From NCBI GenBank assembly GCA_964016885.1, contig OZ024745.1, forward strand, positions 131,192,001 to 131,256,000: DNA of 64,000 nucleotides, in the 5' to 3' direction. Each line of letters opens with the position of its first letter. Position 1 is the stretch's first letter. This DNA is from Eledone cirrhosa. Lineage: Eukaryota. Below, piece by piece: positions 52,301 through 64,000 of the stretch. The translations under genes and the position numbers were made by a program. The notes beneath the pieces are model-generated. The model was not told where the DNA came from and did not search any database. It was given only the letters and a program-made list of their open reading frames with translations.

Positions 52301-55300
52301 TTGCAATTCATTTCTACAGTTGAATAAACTGGAGCAACTCAAAATAAAGTATCTTGCTCAAGGACAATGCATCAGCTGGTCCGAGAGCTGGGTATAGCAT
52401 TAGTGATATTGTCTCTCCAAGTTAAAAGTAAAAGATGGTATGCTACGTTCCAGTCTCACACAACTTACTCTAGTAGTAATTACTTATAAATTCTTTGAAT
52501 AACAGCAGCCATACATATGTACATGTGTGTTACTCATATATAGGTACCGAAATGTGAGAATATGTATATTCATCCACCTATATTTGTGTGTGTAACATCT
52601 GTTTTCCCTACTAGCAAGGGTTAGGCAGGTTATCACAGACCAAGCCAATACTTAATCAGAACTACTGACCTCTTAGAGGCCTTCTACCTTAATATATCAA
52701 CCTGCCAGAAACACTTCTGTGTGAGCGAGACACGGTCTCCCGACCATTCCCGCATAAAATGGAACAAAACTGTCTAACCCATGCTAGCGTGGAAGGTGGA
52801 CGTTAAACAATGATGATGATGATGAACAAGAACAGAAGGCCGGACTGGATATGCTGTAAAATTTTAATTCCATGATATCCCTATACATATTTCAGTGGCC
52901 CAGCTCCAACATCCAATTATGATACAAGGCTGGATGATCTCATCAGGTAGCTTCAACAGGGTTACATTGAACCCAGACTTATTGTGGAAGATAGGGAAAG
53001 GAGAATAGGAAATTGAAAGATGAAATTAGACATGGGGACTGCCTGTAAAAAAACTGTTATAGTGTAAAAAAGCAGGCCCTGAATGTGAATATTTGAATCT
53101 GTATTTGCTTATATGTTAAGTTTGCAAAATAAATGTTCATATTCTCATACTACTGATTTCTTCACAGCTATTCAATGCCAATAACATCAACCAAACGTTC
53201 AAGATGATGTTTAATATTGTTATTAATGGTGAAGCAGGGACAAGTCGACTCTATGCCATTGATTTATTTATTGATATGATGAAAGATTCTAAAATACAAC
53301 AGCTCTTGGCTGAGTAAGTAAAATTATTGATCTCCTACAGAATTTGTGTGTGTTTGATTCACTGTCATCTATTTGAAAATAACTTTTGTCATTTCTTCTC
53401 TCATGTATTCTATTTATTTTCTAGGTTTTATCTGGGTTTTTATTATGTAGCGGTGGATTGGCAGTATCGGTAGAGGGTTGGACGCCATGCTTTGATGCAT
53501 AGAGTTACGACCCTTGCCATTCTGAGTTCAAATCCCGCCGAGGTAAACTTTGCCTTTCATCCTTACGGGGTCGATAAAATAAAGTACCAGTAATGTACTG
53601 GGTAATTGTGGTCTTGTGCCAAAAGTAGAAACAATTATGTATTTATTTATTCAAAACTTTTTTTTTTCATTTCCACCAGGTTTACTCACCTTTCTGCATC
53701 ATTGAAAGAAGTCTTTGTACTTCTAGGAGGTTGCTCTGCAACCACTGCTACAAAGGTATGCCCTTCTAGTTTTGTAATTATTTTACCCCCGTTACCTTTG
53801 TTTAATTAGCATTAACTGACACTTACCAACAGCACCTCCTCTCTTAGTATCACATACTATCCTAGTATGTGATACTAAATATTGCAGAAGTCACATCTAC
53901 AGAAAAGGGATTCATGTAAGCTGCTTTACAAATGAAAAACCCTTGTTTAATATCTCCACTATCCTATATTCAGTTTATTCCTCTGAAATGCAACAAAAGT
54001 ATTCAAATTGACATAAAAAGAAAACCAAAACTAATAAAACACCTAGTGGGGCATCACTGAAGATTTTCCCATTTATTTAGTATGGCCTTCTTCCTTACTC
54101 TGTCTCATCTCACCAGTCTTGCACCAAACACTTTTCCCATTTCTCAGACTGCAATCTTCTAAAATTCCCTGCTTGTCCTCAATTATAATGCATATGTCAA
54201 TCTATAGATGTTGAAACAGCATCAAATGAACCAATCTCACCAGTCTTGGAGTGCCTGAAAAGTCACTGTTCTCTCTCTCTGACTAATTTATTAGGAATGA
54301 CAAAAAGCACCCAGAACACACTGTATATGTGGTTGGTGTTAGGAAAGGGCATCCAGCCGTAGAAACCAAGCCAGAAACAGTTCATCTCATCTGATTTGTC
54401 TCACAATGGGACAACTCGTCTAACCCATACTAGTGTGGAAAAATGGACATTACACAGTGATGATGATGAAAATAATAAGTTAATTTTGAAGTGCCCATCC
54501 TTTAAACAAATATGAGTTATGGGAGACACTCATTGGCACAAATGAAGTGCCCAGTTTTTTGGAGTGATGGTGTAGAAGTTGTAGTATTTGTATCCAAGTT
54601 CATGTATAGTATAATGTTCATGTATGTATAGACTCAGGTTGAGAACTGAAACTGTTAGACACAATTATATGGAAGCATTTAGTCCTTGGCACATGGCTTT
54701 GTGGTTAGAGCGTTGGACTTACAATCGTGAGGTTGTGAGTTTGATTCCCAGACCAAGCGATGTATTGTGTACTTGAGCAAGACACTTTATTTCACATTGC
54801 TCCAGTTCACTCAGCTGCAGAAATGAGTTGTGACGTCACTGGTACCAAGCTGTATCATCCATTGCCTTTCCCTTGGTCAACATTGGTGGCATGGAGAGGG
54901 GAGACTGGTATGTATGGGCGACTGCTGGTCTTCCACAAAAACACCTTGCTCGAAAATGTGCTCGGAGGGGAACTTTCTAGGAGCAAATCTCATGGTCATT
55001 CATGACCAAAGTGGGTCTTTACCCTTTAACCTAGTTCTAGTTTACCATGATGTTTTAGTAGGAATTGGATCATCTAGCAATGCTAACAGTGATAAATTGT
55101 TGTGTTCTATTGAGTGGGTAGATTTATCCCTCATCTAATGCTATGACACCAGATCTAAGCAATAGCCTTTAAGAATTGCAAGTATTTTACCTAACTTATC
55201 ATTGAGACACTGAAGAATTTGTTATCATATAGTGTATTTAGAGCATGTCAGCATGAGGTCCCCTTTATTCTTTGAATCATTAAACACAACCAAATTAACA

Positions 55301-58300
55301 GCTATAATATTTTTACCTAGGATTGAAATCAGAATGGTTACTTTCAGGTTCCAAATAATAGAGGGAAGGGTTGGAAAATCGATAACTTTTCTAGGTTGTC
55401 TCCGTTGATTTTTTTTTTAAACCAGAATTAGTCATTTAGTTTACATATTCAGACTCCAACCTGTCCTATTTATTTTATAATGTATGGAATTTCTTGTAAT
55501 GTTCTTTTTCTGATCATGTATAATGTTTTATTAATTTCTAAATAAAATTAATTGCTGCAGGAATGCTACCACTTTAAATAAAATTTTGTTGAAGATAGAT
55601 TAACAAAATTTAATAAGTGGGGTGATGGGGACGATTATTCGAGACCCCAAGAGTAACAGATTTAGTTCACAGAGCATTCCATAATGCTTGTCCTTGTCTT
55701 CTTAATCGTCTTGTTAAATTATTTTTCATAATCATTTCAGGTGTTTGAACTCTTTATCTCATTCTGTTCAGTGAAGAGCATTCGCAAAATGCTCAGCCAT
55801 TACCTATTTGATTTATCCAAATACAATGATCCAGCAGCACCAAAGAATGTCACAACCTTCCATCTGGGGGCTGTGACTAACTGGATTTCCTCATCACTTG
55901 ATTCCGAGATAGAAGCCTCAAGCAGAGCTTTGGAATTTTCTATTGAAATTTTTGAGGTATTTTAAGGTTTCATTTGCTATTACTAACACCATTGACCCCA
56001 ACATTTTCAAACTATTCACTATTGCCACAGTATCATCATTGAGTTGATCACAACTATAGATACATCATTATTACTTCATATTCAATGGGCAGTTGATTGG
56101 CAGTATTGGTAGAGGGTCGGACGTCATGCTTTGACGCATAGAGTTACGGCCCTTTCCATTCTGAGTTCAAATCCCACCGAGGTCAACTTTGCCTTTCATC
56201 CTTACGGGGTCAATAAAATAAAGTACCAGTAATGTACTGGGTAATTGCTGGCCTTGCGTCAAAAGTAGAAACAATTATTACTTCATATTCAACATTACTG
56301 TTATTGTCATCTTTATCAAACATCACAGAAAAAGACATAGGTTCTACCATTGCCACATTTCCTATCACCAATACACTTCCAGAACCAAGTCTAAAGTCTG
56401 TCTTAAGCCAGGAGGCTTGTCAGGCCAGTGCTTCGCCCAGTTTTGTGGTGTAAAGCGCCTGAGAGTACAAGATTCCCCACTGGACAGGACGCCAGTCCAT
56501 TGTTTGGTATTCGTTTTCAGCTGAGTATACTGGAGCAACATGAAATGAAGTGTTTTGCTCAAGAACACAACACACAACCCAGCCTAGGAATCGAACCCAC
56601 AACATTATGATTGTAAGTCCAACACCCTTACCACTAGGCCACGTGCTTCCACTCAGTCATACAATGAAAATATGATCATGACAGTTCAATATATAATTTT
56701 TCACGCTCAGAGTTGCTGTAGCATGGAACAAACTACCTGCATCAGTTGTTAGCTGTGGAGACACTGCATCCTTTAAAACCTCCATGGAACAAACTCCCTG
56801 CATCAGTTGTTAGTTGTGGAGACACTGCATCCTTTAAAACCTCCATGGAACAAACTCCCTGCATCAGTTGTTAGCTGTGGAGACACTGCATCCTTTAAAA
56901 CCTCCATGGAACAAACTACCTGCATCAGTTGTTAGCTGTGGAGACACTGCATCCTTTAAAACCTCCATGGAACAAACTCCCTGCATCAGTTGTTAGTTGT
57001 GGAGACACTGCATCCTTTAAAACCTCCATGCTTCCTGAGATTCGCCAACACTACACCTAATATTCCCCCTCCATACACACACACACACACATGTATATCA
57101 TGACTCATACACTATTCACTTCCCTGACATTTGTATATTATTCTATGTACTATACATGCACCTGAGCACTGTGCACAATAATTTTATTATTATTATCATT
57201 ATTATTATGATCATAAACTAATTAGGGGAGGGGGCTGAAGAATATTTATATTGCTTGTTAACTGTTAAATGGTTTATATTCTGCTTTCTCCATTAGGAAC
57301 TGAATCTAAACAGTTGGCTTAAGGACCAAGAAAGATCTGTAGAGTCTCTTTTATCTGTTTTGAACAAAAGTCTGAAAACTTCTCCTCCCCTCTCTCAGCC
57401 AGTTATCATGAAATCTTTCTGCCACAAACAAATCCTCATTGTAAAAACACTTTACAATATCCTTTTATGATAATATTGAATATTTAAATGAACCTATTAT
57501 TCAAATGTGTATTTCAATAAGGACATACTATCAGGTCATTAAGTATGAAATGGTCAATTTCGAATTAAGGTTAGTTTATTATCTAACATTTCATACTTAA
57601 TGGAGAGAAATGAAGCAAGCATGCTCCGATGGATGTGCAATGTCAATGTGTGTGAAAGATCAAGCCTGGACGAGTTGAGAGAGAAACTGTATATAAGAGG
57701 AATAAACTGTAGTGTGCGGGAGAGATGACTGCGTTGGTATGGCCATGAGATGCACATGGATGATGACCACAGGGTGAAGAAGTGCTAAGAAATCCCAGTG
57801 GAAGGAAGACCACGGAAAACATGGGTGGAGGTGGTGAGAGCTGACCTCAGATTGCTGAAGCTCACAGGTAATGTCAAAAGGCTGCTACAAATGGAGAGGT
57901 GCTGTGCTGTTGGATATTTTTTCTGGCTCTCTATGCTCTAAATTTAAAGACCAAGCATGGATGAGTTGAGAGAGAAACTGTACAAGAAGAATAAATTGTA
58001 GTGTGCAGGAGAGACGACTGTGTTGGTATGGCCATGTTATGCACAAGGATGATGCCAACTCGGTGAAGAAGTGCCAGGTGATTCCAGCAGGGAAAAGTAG
58101 ACGTAAAATGATGATGATGATGAATGATCTATTATATTTATGTAATTTTTCAAACTCTCAACCTCTTTTTTTTTGTTGTGTAAAACACCATATAAGTTGG
58201 TACAATGCCCAGAACTGGTACTCGGATGCCTGGATTCACCATAATGTTGGTTGCAGTATTTTAATTGTGACTATTAACTAGAGTCTTGTACTTTTCTGAG

Positions 58301-59160
58301 CTGCTCCTGACACTTTTTCCAGTCTGGTGGTGTGTTCCTGGTATTTCAGATCTGGCCAGTAGGCCCCTATTATCAGCTAAGGGCCATGTTTCAATGAAAA
58401 TAGAGGTGTGGATGTTCTGGAATGTCACTTGTATGTTTTCTAGGAAGTAGATAGATTACTTATAGTAATATTTCAATTCTAGATCAGCTTTCTCTAGATT
58501 ATTCTACTATGCTCTTATGTTTATCTTAGTTACAGATAATTCTCACTATACATTCATGAAATCTGTTTGTGTGTTGTTAATGTATGTTGTTTTGAATCCT
58601 ACGTTTGTTAACCAGCCTTAACAGGTTAAACATATCTGTCAAGAAAGCATGTTTGTTGAAAAAATGTTATCCTACTTGCGAGTTGAAGATTTCTACCAGC
58701 TGTTACAGTTTCACTTCAATAACAACACCAACTTCTCTGTGAATCACACTAGAAAAGATACCAAAAACCAGGATTGGAGGTGAGCTTTATCTGTTAACAC
58801 TTTTCATACCAACCTCGGCAAAACTGGCTCTGGTGCTATGACACAATACCAACCATTTGAAAGGGTTCTTATTTAAATTAAAATCTTTCAACGTAATTTA
58901 TATAAAAGCTGTATGTTAAATTACTATTTCTAATGAAATAATTAATGATTTTAGTAAATCCCACAAAAATTAATTGAAATAAAGTGTATTTCATTAGAAA
59001 TACAGTCACAAAAAGGCTGGTCCATATATCAACTTCTGTTGGATGTTCAATAGATCTTCTTCACTTTTAGAATTTAACTAGACTACACTTAAAAATATTT
59101 TTTTAAATAATTAAAATATACACAGACATGTATATAATGTAAAATGAAATTGGAAGGCCC

Positions 59161-59191
<31 letters not shown>

Positions 59192-59715
59192 TCTTTGGCG
59201 CTACACAGTAATACAGAAGACCCGCCTTGCCTAAGTACAAAGCGAAACCTACAGTCAGTAGGCACCTCTAACAAAAATACACCCCCGTCTCACTACCCCC
59301 ACCCCATCCACACCACCCCTTTCAATGTAAAGTTATGTTGGTACCACAACATCCAGTCCGAAACAAATGAGGTCGTGTAGGTGTCACAACAAAAAACACA
59401 GTCCACGATGTAATGTGGCCGTGTAGGTAACACGGTAAAAACCTCCCAGTCCACACTGTAAACGTGGTTGGTGTTAGGAAGGGCATCCAGCTGTAGAAAA
59501 CCCGCCAGACAGTCCTATACGAGCAGGACAACCAATCTTGCCTCAAGTGGGAAAATTCCCGTCCAAACCCATGCAAGCGTGGAAGATGGACGTTAAACGA
59601 TGATGATGATGATACACATATATATATATATATATATATATCATCATCATCTTCGTTTAACGTCCATTTTCCATGCTAGCATGGGTTAGATATATATATA
59701 TATATATACACACAT

Positions 59716-59765
<50 letters not shown>

Positions 59766-62579
59766 TTGTGGGTGTCTGTGACTTATATACACTGGTCACA
59801 GACACACACACACTTACAAGCCCTTCCTATTTAGCAAGAAATATTCGCTACACACATCCTGTCCTAAAATAAGTTATATGATACATGTGACTTAATATTC
59901 AGTCACCAAATTCGAGCTAGATACAGTAATGCTGTATTCCTTTCTTTGAAGTCACCTGTTATAATTTCATTCAACAACACCACCAGCTCTCTCTCTCTCT
60001 CTTCCATTTTCCTTCTCTGTCTCCTTCTATCTCTCTCTCTATGTCTCTCTTTCAATCTACTCTCTCACAACCTCTATCTCTTTTTCTCTATCTTTCTCTC
60101 TATTTATGAAAGTACCCAGACAAACCCTGTTTTATTCCATTTGTATTCCCATTTTAGTATTTTCCCCATTATGCGCTGTTTTGTCTGTATTAAATTACAG
60201 ACAAGCACACAATCACAAAGTTTTAGTAGTATACTAGATAGATGTCATCCATTACATTTGTGTGAGTGTTTTATTTGTTTTCCGTAATTTATATTATTTC
60301 TATGTTTTCTTTTATTTTTCAGTAACCTCAGCGTATCACTGGTGTTGTATGTATTGAATTTCTTGTCCTTCATTAAAGAGCCTACTATAAAAACATTCCT
60401 TGAAAATGTCCTGCAGGTAAAAGAAGCTTTTATATGTTAAGCAAGTTTCTCTCTTCCTCTCGCTCTCATTTTATTTCTCTTTATTACATTCCCTCCTCCT
60501 CTCTCTCTCCCTCTGCCTCCACCCCTCTCTGTTATTTTACCTTCTTTATCTTTCCATTAACCTCATCATTTTGTTTTTAATCTTTGTGTTTCTCAATAAA
60601 TTTCTTTTTGCCCTCTTCAATGTTATACATTTCTCTGACAAAATAAAAAAGGAACAACTTATTTTTTAGCCCTTTAGTTACCATCCCAGCCAAAACCAGC
60701 TCTGGTTCTATGAAATATAATCACCCATTTTAAAGGTTTCCAATTTATATTAAAATCTTCCAACATAATCTTATATAAGAGCCTTACATTAAGTTACTAT
60801 CTTAGTAATGAAATAATTAATGATTTTAGTAAATCCTTCAAAATTCTTCAATGATTAATTAAAATAGAGTGTATTTCATTAGAAATGCAGTCGTGAGTTA
60901 GAGTGTACTGAATGCATTTTGTCATGGCATCAGCATTACCACTTTACAGAGTGTACTGGGTGCATTTTGTCATGGCACCAACACTACCACTTTACAGAGT
61001 ACTGGGTGCATTTTGTCATGGCACCAACACTACCACTTTACAGTATGTCTGTGTGTGTATTGTTGTAAGTGTGTCTGTGTGTTTATAATAATATACTTAT
61101 ACATGCTGATGCGTGTTGGAAAAACTTCTAGTGTATGTATAAGAGAAAACGACAGTGGTACAGACTTGTGATGTGAATAGACAATTAAGTATCTGATGAC
61201 AGTGGACGGTGCTCCTGGGAAAGAAATCAAAAGAAATGTTGAGGTCAGATTTGTGGATATTGAGATTTACATGAGCAGAGAGTCACTCCAGGTAGAGCTG
61301 CTACTTCTCCATATTGAGAGATCACAGCTCCGATACTATGGCCATGTGGTTAGAATGTCCCAGGAAAGAATTGCTGGACAGATTTTATGGGCAAAACCAA
61401 CTGGCAAGAGACCCAGGGATACACTCTGAGCAAGATGGTTGGATAACATACATGAGTTTGGCTGGTTTTGCTTGGGGATCCAGCTGGATTAGTTGGAAAC
61501 GATTTCATCTGACAGGACCTGTAGGAAGGAGTGTTTGAGGACTCTGGCCCCTGTGACTCTCTCAGGAATAAGTGGGCGAAGAAGAAGATATTTATATGAT
61601 CAAGACAAGTAATAATTTGTTGTACTACACACCTGCCAGATCCATTTGAACTATGATATAGCTACTATTGCTATCAATTGAACGTTGACTTGTTTATGAC
61701 TTGTATGGAAGCTTCTTTTATATTGCCAAGGATGTAGTATATTACTTGACATCAGATGTATTGGAAATTGAAGACAAATTATGAAATTGTTAAGAATTAG
61801 GCACTTCTTGTTGGTTGAAGATCTAATAAAAAGAAAATGGACAGCAATGGCAGTGCCCCAGCCTGGCCTGAGCCTGTCAGCTGAGACACATAATATAGTA
61901 AGAGAACATAGTAGATTATAACTCAAAGCTTTGAAGTTCCACTCTCACCCTCTCTTTATGAGTCTTTGTTTCTGCTACAATTCCAACCACAATAGTTAAA
62001 GAATTATATTTCATCTCATTTTTTTTTCTCTTTGTAACAATTATTGAGGCTCATAGATTATGGTTGAAATTTGCAAACCTCATTGCAATGTGTCTTAAGA
62101 GAAGACCTGACTCTATGTGACAGCTCTCTCAGTCAAGCCTAAAATTGATATCACATTCACTTTACAGTTTGTTTTTATTGCTATTAGAAAAAGCATTCAG
62201 TTATAAATTTACATTTAATTCAAGAATTTATTATATGGAATTCAAAAATATTTCCTGCATATAACTCCTCTAATGAATTAGTCTCAAAGTCTTCAATCCC
62301 AATATACAAACACTTCTGAATATCTTTGAAAATATAATAAATTAATCTGAAACCATGCATATATATATCTTTTAAATATCATCATCATCGTTTAACATCC
62401 ATTTTGTATGTTCGCAAGGGTTTTTTAATATATCCTATATATATTTAACTGTATTTTCAGGATTCCAACATTGTACAATTCTTGTCAATGGGATTTCTGT
62501 CGTCAGATCGAAATGAGGTACATGCAGCTATCAATTTACTTTCTATTGGATCCAAGCTGGAATCGTTCCCACATCTTGC
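39073..62579 (+). CDS. CIP2A: CIP2A (KIAA1524), 5' portion, 13 coding exons; continues beyond the window
   Basis: Exons 39073-39174, 40546-40705, 44204-44316, 46479-46573, 50495-50591, 51337-51459, 53168-53313, 53680-53755, 55741-55956, 57297-57456, 58632-58779, 60323-60416, 62461-62579 join in frame. [28 protein letters not shown] and [11 protein letters not shown] match the CIP2A armadillo region as recalled. Confidence 0.92.
40546..40705 (+). CDS. CIP2A: CIP2A coding exon 2
   Basis: tttcag|VIIGVTG...[31 protein letters not shown]|gtaagt. Confidence 0.9.
41348..41941. repeat. Long inverted repeat: two tail-to-tail MITE-B copies plus an inverted duplicated flank
   Basis: 41348-41418 is reverse-complementary to about 41866-41941; centre aaagggttaactcttt near 41630. 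Confidence 0.88.
42010..43945 (-). repeat. Retroposon 3' module with an expanded 42-bp minisatellite (about 43 units)
   Basis: actttacagtgtgtactgggtgctttatgtggtgacacct(c/a)tacaac units. Confidence 0.93.
44204..44316 (+). CDS. CIP2A: CIP2A coding exon 3
   Basis: tttcag|[37 protein letters not shown]|gtaagt. Confidence 0.88.
45100..45960 (-). mobile_element. Degenerate RTE/BovB-like LINE fragment (endonuclease-RT linker)
   Basis: ILKRWK...[26 protein letters not shown]. Confidence 0.75.
46142..46338. repeat. (TG)n/(TA)n compound microsatellite
   Basis: Directly visible. Confidence 0.95.
46479..46573 (+). CDS. CIP2A: CIP2A coding exon 4
   Basis: ttccag|[31 protein letters not shown](V)|gtaagt. 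Confidence 0.88.
47600..49765. repeat. 33-bp minisatellite (about 64 units), probably derived from a SINE tRNA-like head
   Basis: cttgatcccacttcacagcc(a/t)tgaggttctg(t/g)a; two diverged units at the left edge follow a degenerate tggctaaatgcttcagaag head. Confidence 0.93.
50495..50591 (+). CDS. CIP2A: CIP2A coding exon 5
   Basis: ttgcag|[32 protein letters not shown]|gtaaca. Confidence 0.88.
50650..51246 (+). mobile_element. RTE LINE 3' end: ORF tail, 3' UTR with 42-bp units and (GAT)n tail
   Basis: [13 protein letters not shown].. stop, then a UTR shared with 59194-59612. Confidence 0.78.
51337..51459 (+). CDS. CIP2A: CIP2A coding exon 6
   Basis: ttgtag|[41 protein letters not shown]|gtaagt. 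Confidence 0.9.
53168..53313 (+). CDS. CIP2A: CIP2A coding exon 7
   Basis: tcacag|[48 protein letters not shown](E)|gtaagt. Confidence 0.92.
53680..53755 (+). CDS. CIP2A: CIP2A coding exon 8
   Basis: caccag|[25 protein letters not shown]|gtatgc. Confidence 0.87.
55741..55956 (+). CDS. CIP2A: CIP2A coding exon 9
   Basis: tttcag|[18 protein letters not shown]...[13 protein letters not shown]|gtattt. Confidence 0.9.
56088..56280 (+). mobile_element. Young tRNA-derived SINE with target-site duplication
   Basis: attattacttcatattcaa occurs on both sides. Confidence 0.85.
56696..57208 (+). mobile_element. CR1/L2-like 3' end with an internal 61-bp tandem array (5 units)
   Basis: atggaacaaact(a/c)cctgcatcagttgttag(c/t)tgtggagacactgcatcctttaaaacctcc starts at 56723, 56784, 56845, 56906, 56967. 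Confidence 0.88.
57297..57456 (+). CDS. CIP2A: CIP2A coding exon 10 (followed by the AT-AC intron)
   Basis: cattag|[26 protein letters not shown]...[13 protein letters not shown]|ATATCCTTT. Confidence 0.85.
57457..58631 (+). other. U12-type (minor spliceosome) AT-AC intron
   Basis: 5' end ATATCCTTT; branch-site CCTTAAC at 58616-58622; AC 3' end at 58630-58631; splicing here keeps the reading frame. Confidence 0.88.
58632..58779 (+). CDS. CIP2A: CIP2A coding exon 11
   Basis: ttaaac|(N)[31 protein letters not shown]...NQDW(S)|gtgagc. Confidence 0.85.
59194..59612 (+). mobile_element. Second copy of the RTE 3' end
   Basis: Colinear with 50810-51246. Confidence 0.78.
60323..60416 (+). CDS. CIP2A: CIP2A coding exon 12
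   Basis: tttcag|[31 protein letters not shown]|gtaaaa. Confidence 0.85.
62461..62579 (+). CDS. CIP2A: CIP2A coding exon 13
   Basis: tttcag|[39 protein letters not shown](A)|gtatgt. Confidence 0.88.
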
Positions 62580-63234
62580 GTATGTAAACTTATCTTTTCC
62601 ATATTGCATACATATCATTGCTTCTATACATATAGAGATTCATCATCATCATTTTACGTCTGCTTTTCCATGCTTGCAAGGGTGGGACGGGTCCTATTCA
62701 GCACAGCATCTTTCCACTTGTCACGGTCCTTCGTCATCTCCACTGTGAGCTTCAGCGATCTGAGGTCTGCTCTCACCACCTCCGCCCATATTTTTCGTGG
62801 TCTTCCTCTACCACGTCTTCCTTCAACTGGGATTTCTTGGCACTTCTTATCTATATATTATTTTTATCGCATGATAATCTTTGCTATTGTACAATTACAT
62901 TGTATCTTTATTTCATAGTTGCCATTAGTTTAACAAACATCTTGTGTAATGTTCAGCTTCATGTCAGCCCCAATCCAACTGACCTATCTCCAGCAGGTTG
63001 AGCAACTACATAGGAGCTCCCTTGTTGGCTCAAAACATCTTGTTTTCATTAATTTAGATATGAGTATATGTAGTTTACTTTTAGGAAGGTCGGAATTGAT
63101 CAAAATTTATTGAACTAAGCTATGTGGAAAATGTATTTAGGGAGTTAATGTCTCTACACAAACCTGCTCCAGATGCAGCTTCAAAACTTTCCACTGCTCA
63201 TGTACATTCTCCACGAACAGAATATTTTTTAATA

Positions 63235-63564
63235 TGGTCTCAGCATTCGGTAATCAGAAGAAGGGAGGTAGGTGTAAAAGCCAAACTCGCTATCTTCAAT
63301 TCAGTATTTGTGCCATCCCTTACCTATGGTCATGAATCTTGGGTAATAATGAAAAGAATACGATCGCGAATACAAGCGGCCAAAATGAGGTTCCTCCAAA
63401 GGGTCTTTGGAGTAATGTTACTCAATAAAGTGCGTAGCTCGGATATTATTTATTTTGAGAACAATACCTTAACATCAGTATGAGTGGCCGGTTACAGTTA
63501 GTTTGAACAGAAAGGGGTGAGAGAATTCTGGCCGGTTACAACCGGTTTAAATGCTAAAGGGTTA
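63235..63564. mobile_element. RTE fragment (+) abutting a partial MITE-B
   Basis: KAKLAIFNSVFVPSLTYGHESW..MRFLQRVFG, then the MITE end tttaaatgctaaagggttaa. Confidence 0.7.
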
Positions 63565-64000
63565 AGCATGCTTTTGATATCAACCTGCCCAAAACTGGCT
63601 CTGCTTCTATTACACAAAACCACCCATTTTAAAGGGGTCCTATTTAAATTAAAATCTTTCAAAATAGTTTTATATAAGAACCCATCATGTTAATATCCAT
63701 TTTGCCACCCACCCTTGCAAGGGTTGGCTGAGTCCTTCTCTATATGTTAAATTATCATCATTGCCGTTTTATGTTTGTTTTTACATGGGTTGGACAGAAC
63801 CATGTGGTAAGATATTAGTATTAAAATCATCACCATCATCATCATCATGTATATTTTCAATGCTTGTATGGGTTGGACAGGTTGTCGCATTCAGAGACTT
63901 GACAGGTCAGACAACTGTGTCTATTACATTCCATTCTGGTATGGTTTCTACGGCTGGACACCCTTCCTTATGGTAACCACCTCATAGTGTGTACTTCATG

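Noticed and set aside
61190-61235. CTGATGA...GAAA spacing
   Set aside because: No stem I or stem III pairing around a cleavage triplet.
63085-63235. Possible CIP2A exon 14
   Set aside because: Candidate acceptors give either an early stop or a peptide with no resemblance to the expected continuation, and there is no clear donor.

Overview
AT-rich, intron-rich animal DNA. The SINE, RTE-LINE and microsatellite content resembles octopus/coleoid cephalopod genomes (inference). I reconstructed three spliced genes by hand, with consistent splice phases: the 3' part of ARMC2 (+, 9 exons, stop at 12980), a complete 161-aa cyclophilin PPIL3 (-, 6 coding exons, 27168-35280), and the 5' part of CIP2A/KIAA1524 (+, 13 coding exons from 39073, continuing past the window). 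ARMC2 and PPIL3 are tail-to-tail; PPIL3 and CIP2A are head-to-head. Almost all long ORFs in the supplied track are artefacts of tandem repeats. The most notable observations are: (1) a ~504-bp non-coding element with a 46-bp terminal redundancy and a type I hammerhead ribozyme fold, inserted in a (TA)n tract (retrozyme-like); (2) an AT-AC minor-spliceosome intron in CIP2A; (3) repeated birth of minisatellites from internal segments of several unrelated transposons; (4) a ~600-bp foldback in CIP2A intron 2; (5) a CDE/CHR-like element upstream of CIP2A; (6) substitutions in the PPIL3 active-site loop. Gene identities rest on recalled similarity to the human proteins; no search was run. Repeat boundaries are approximate.
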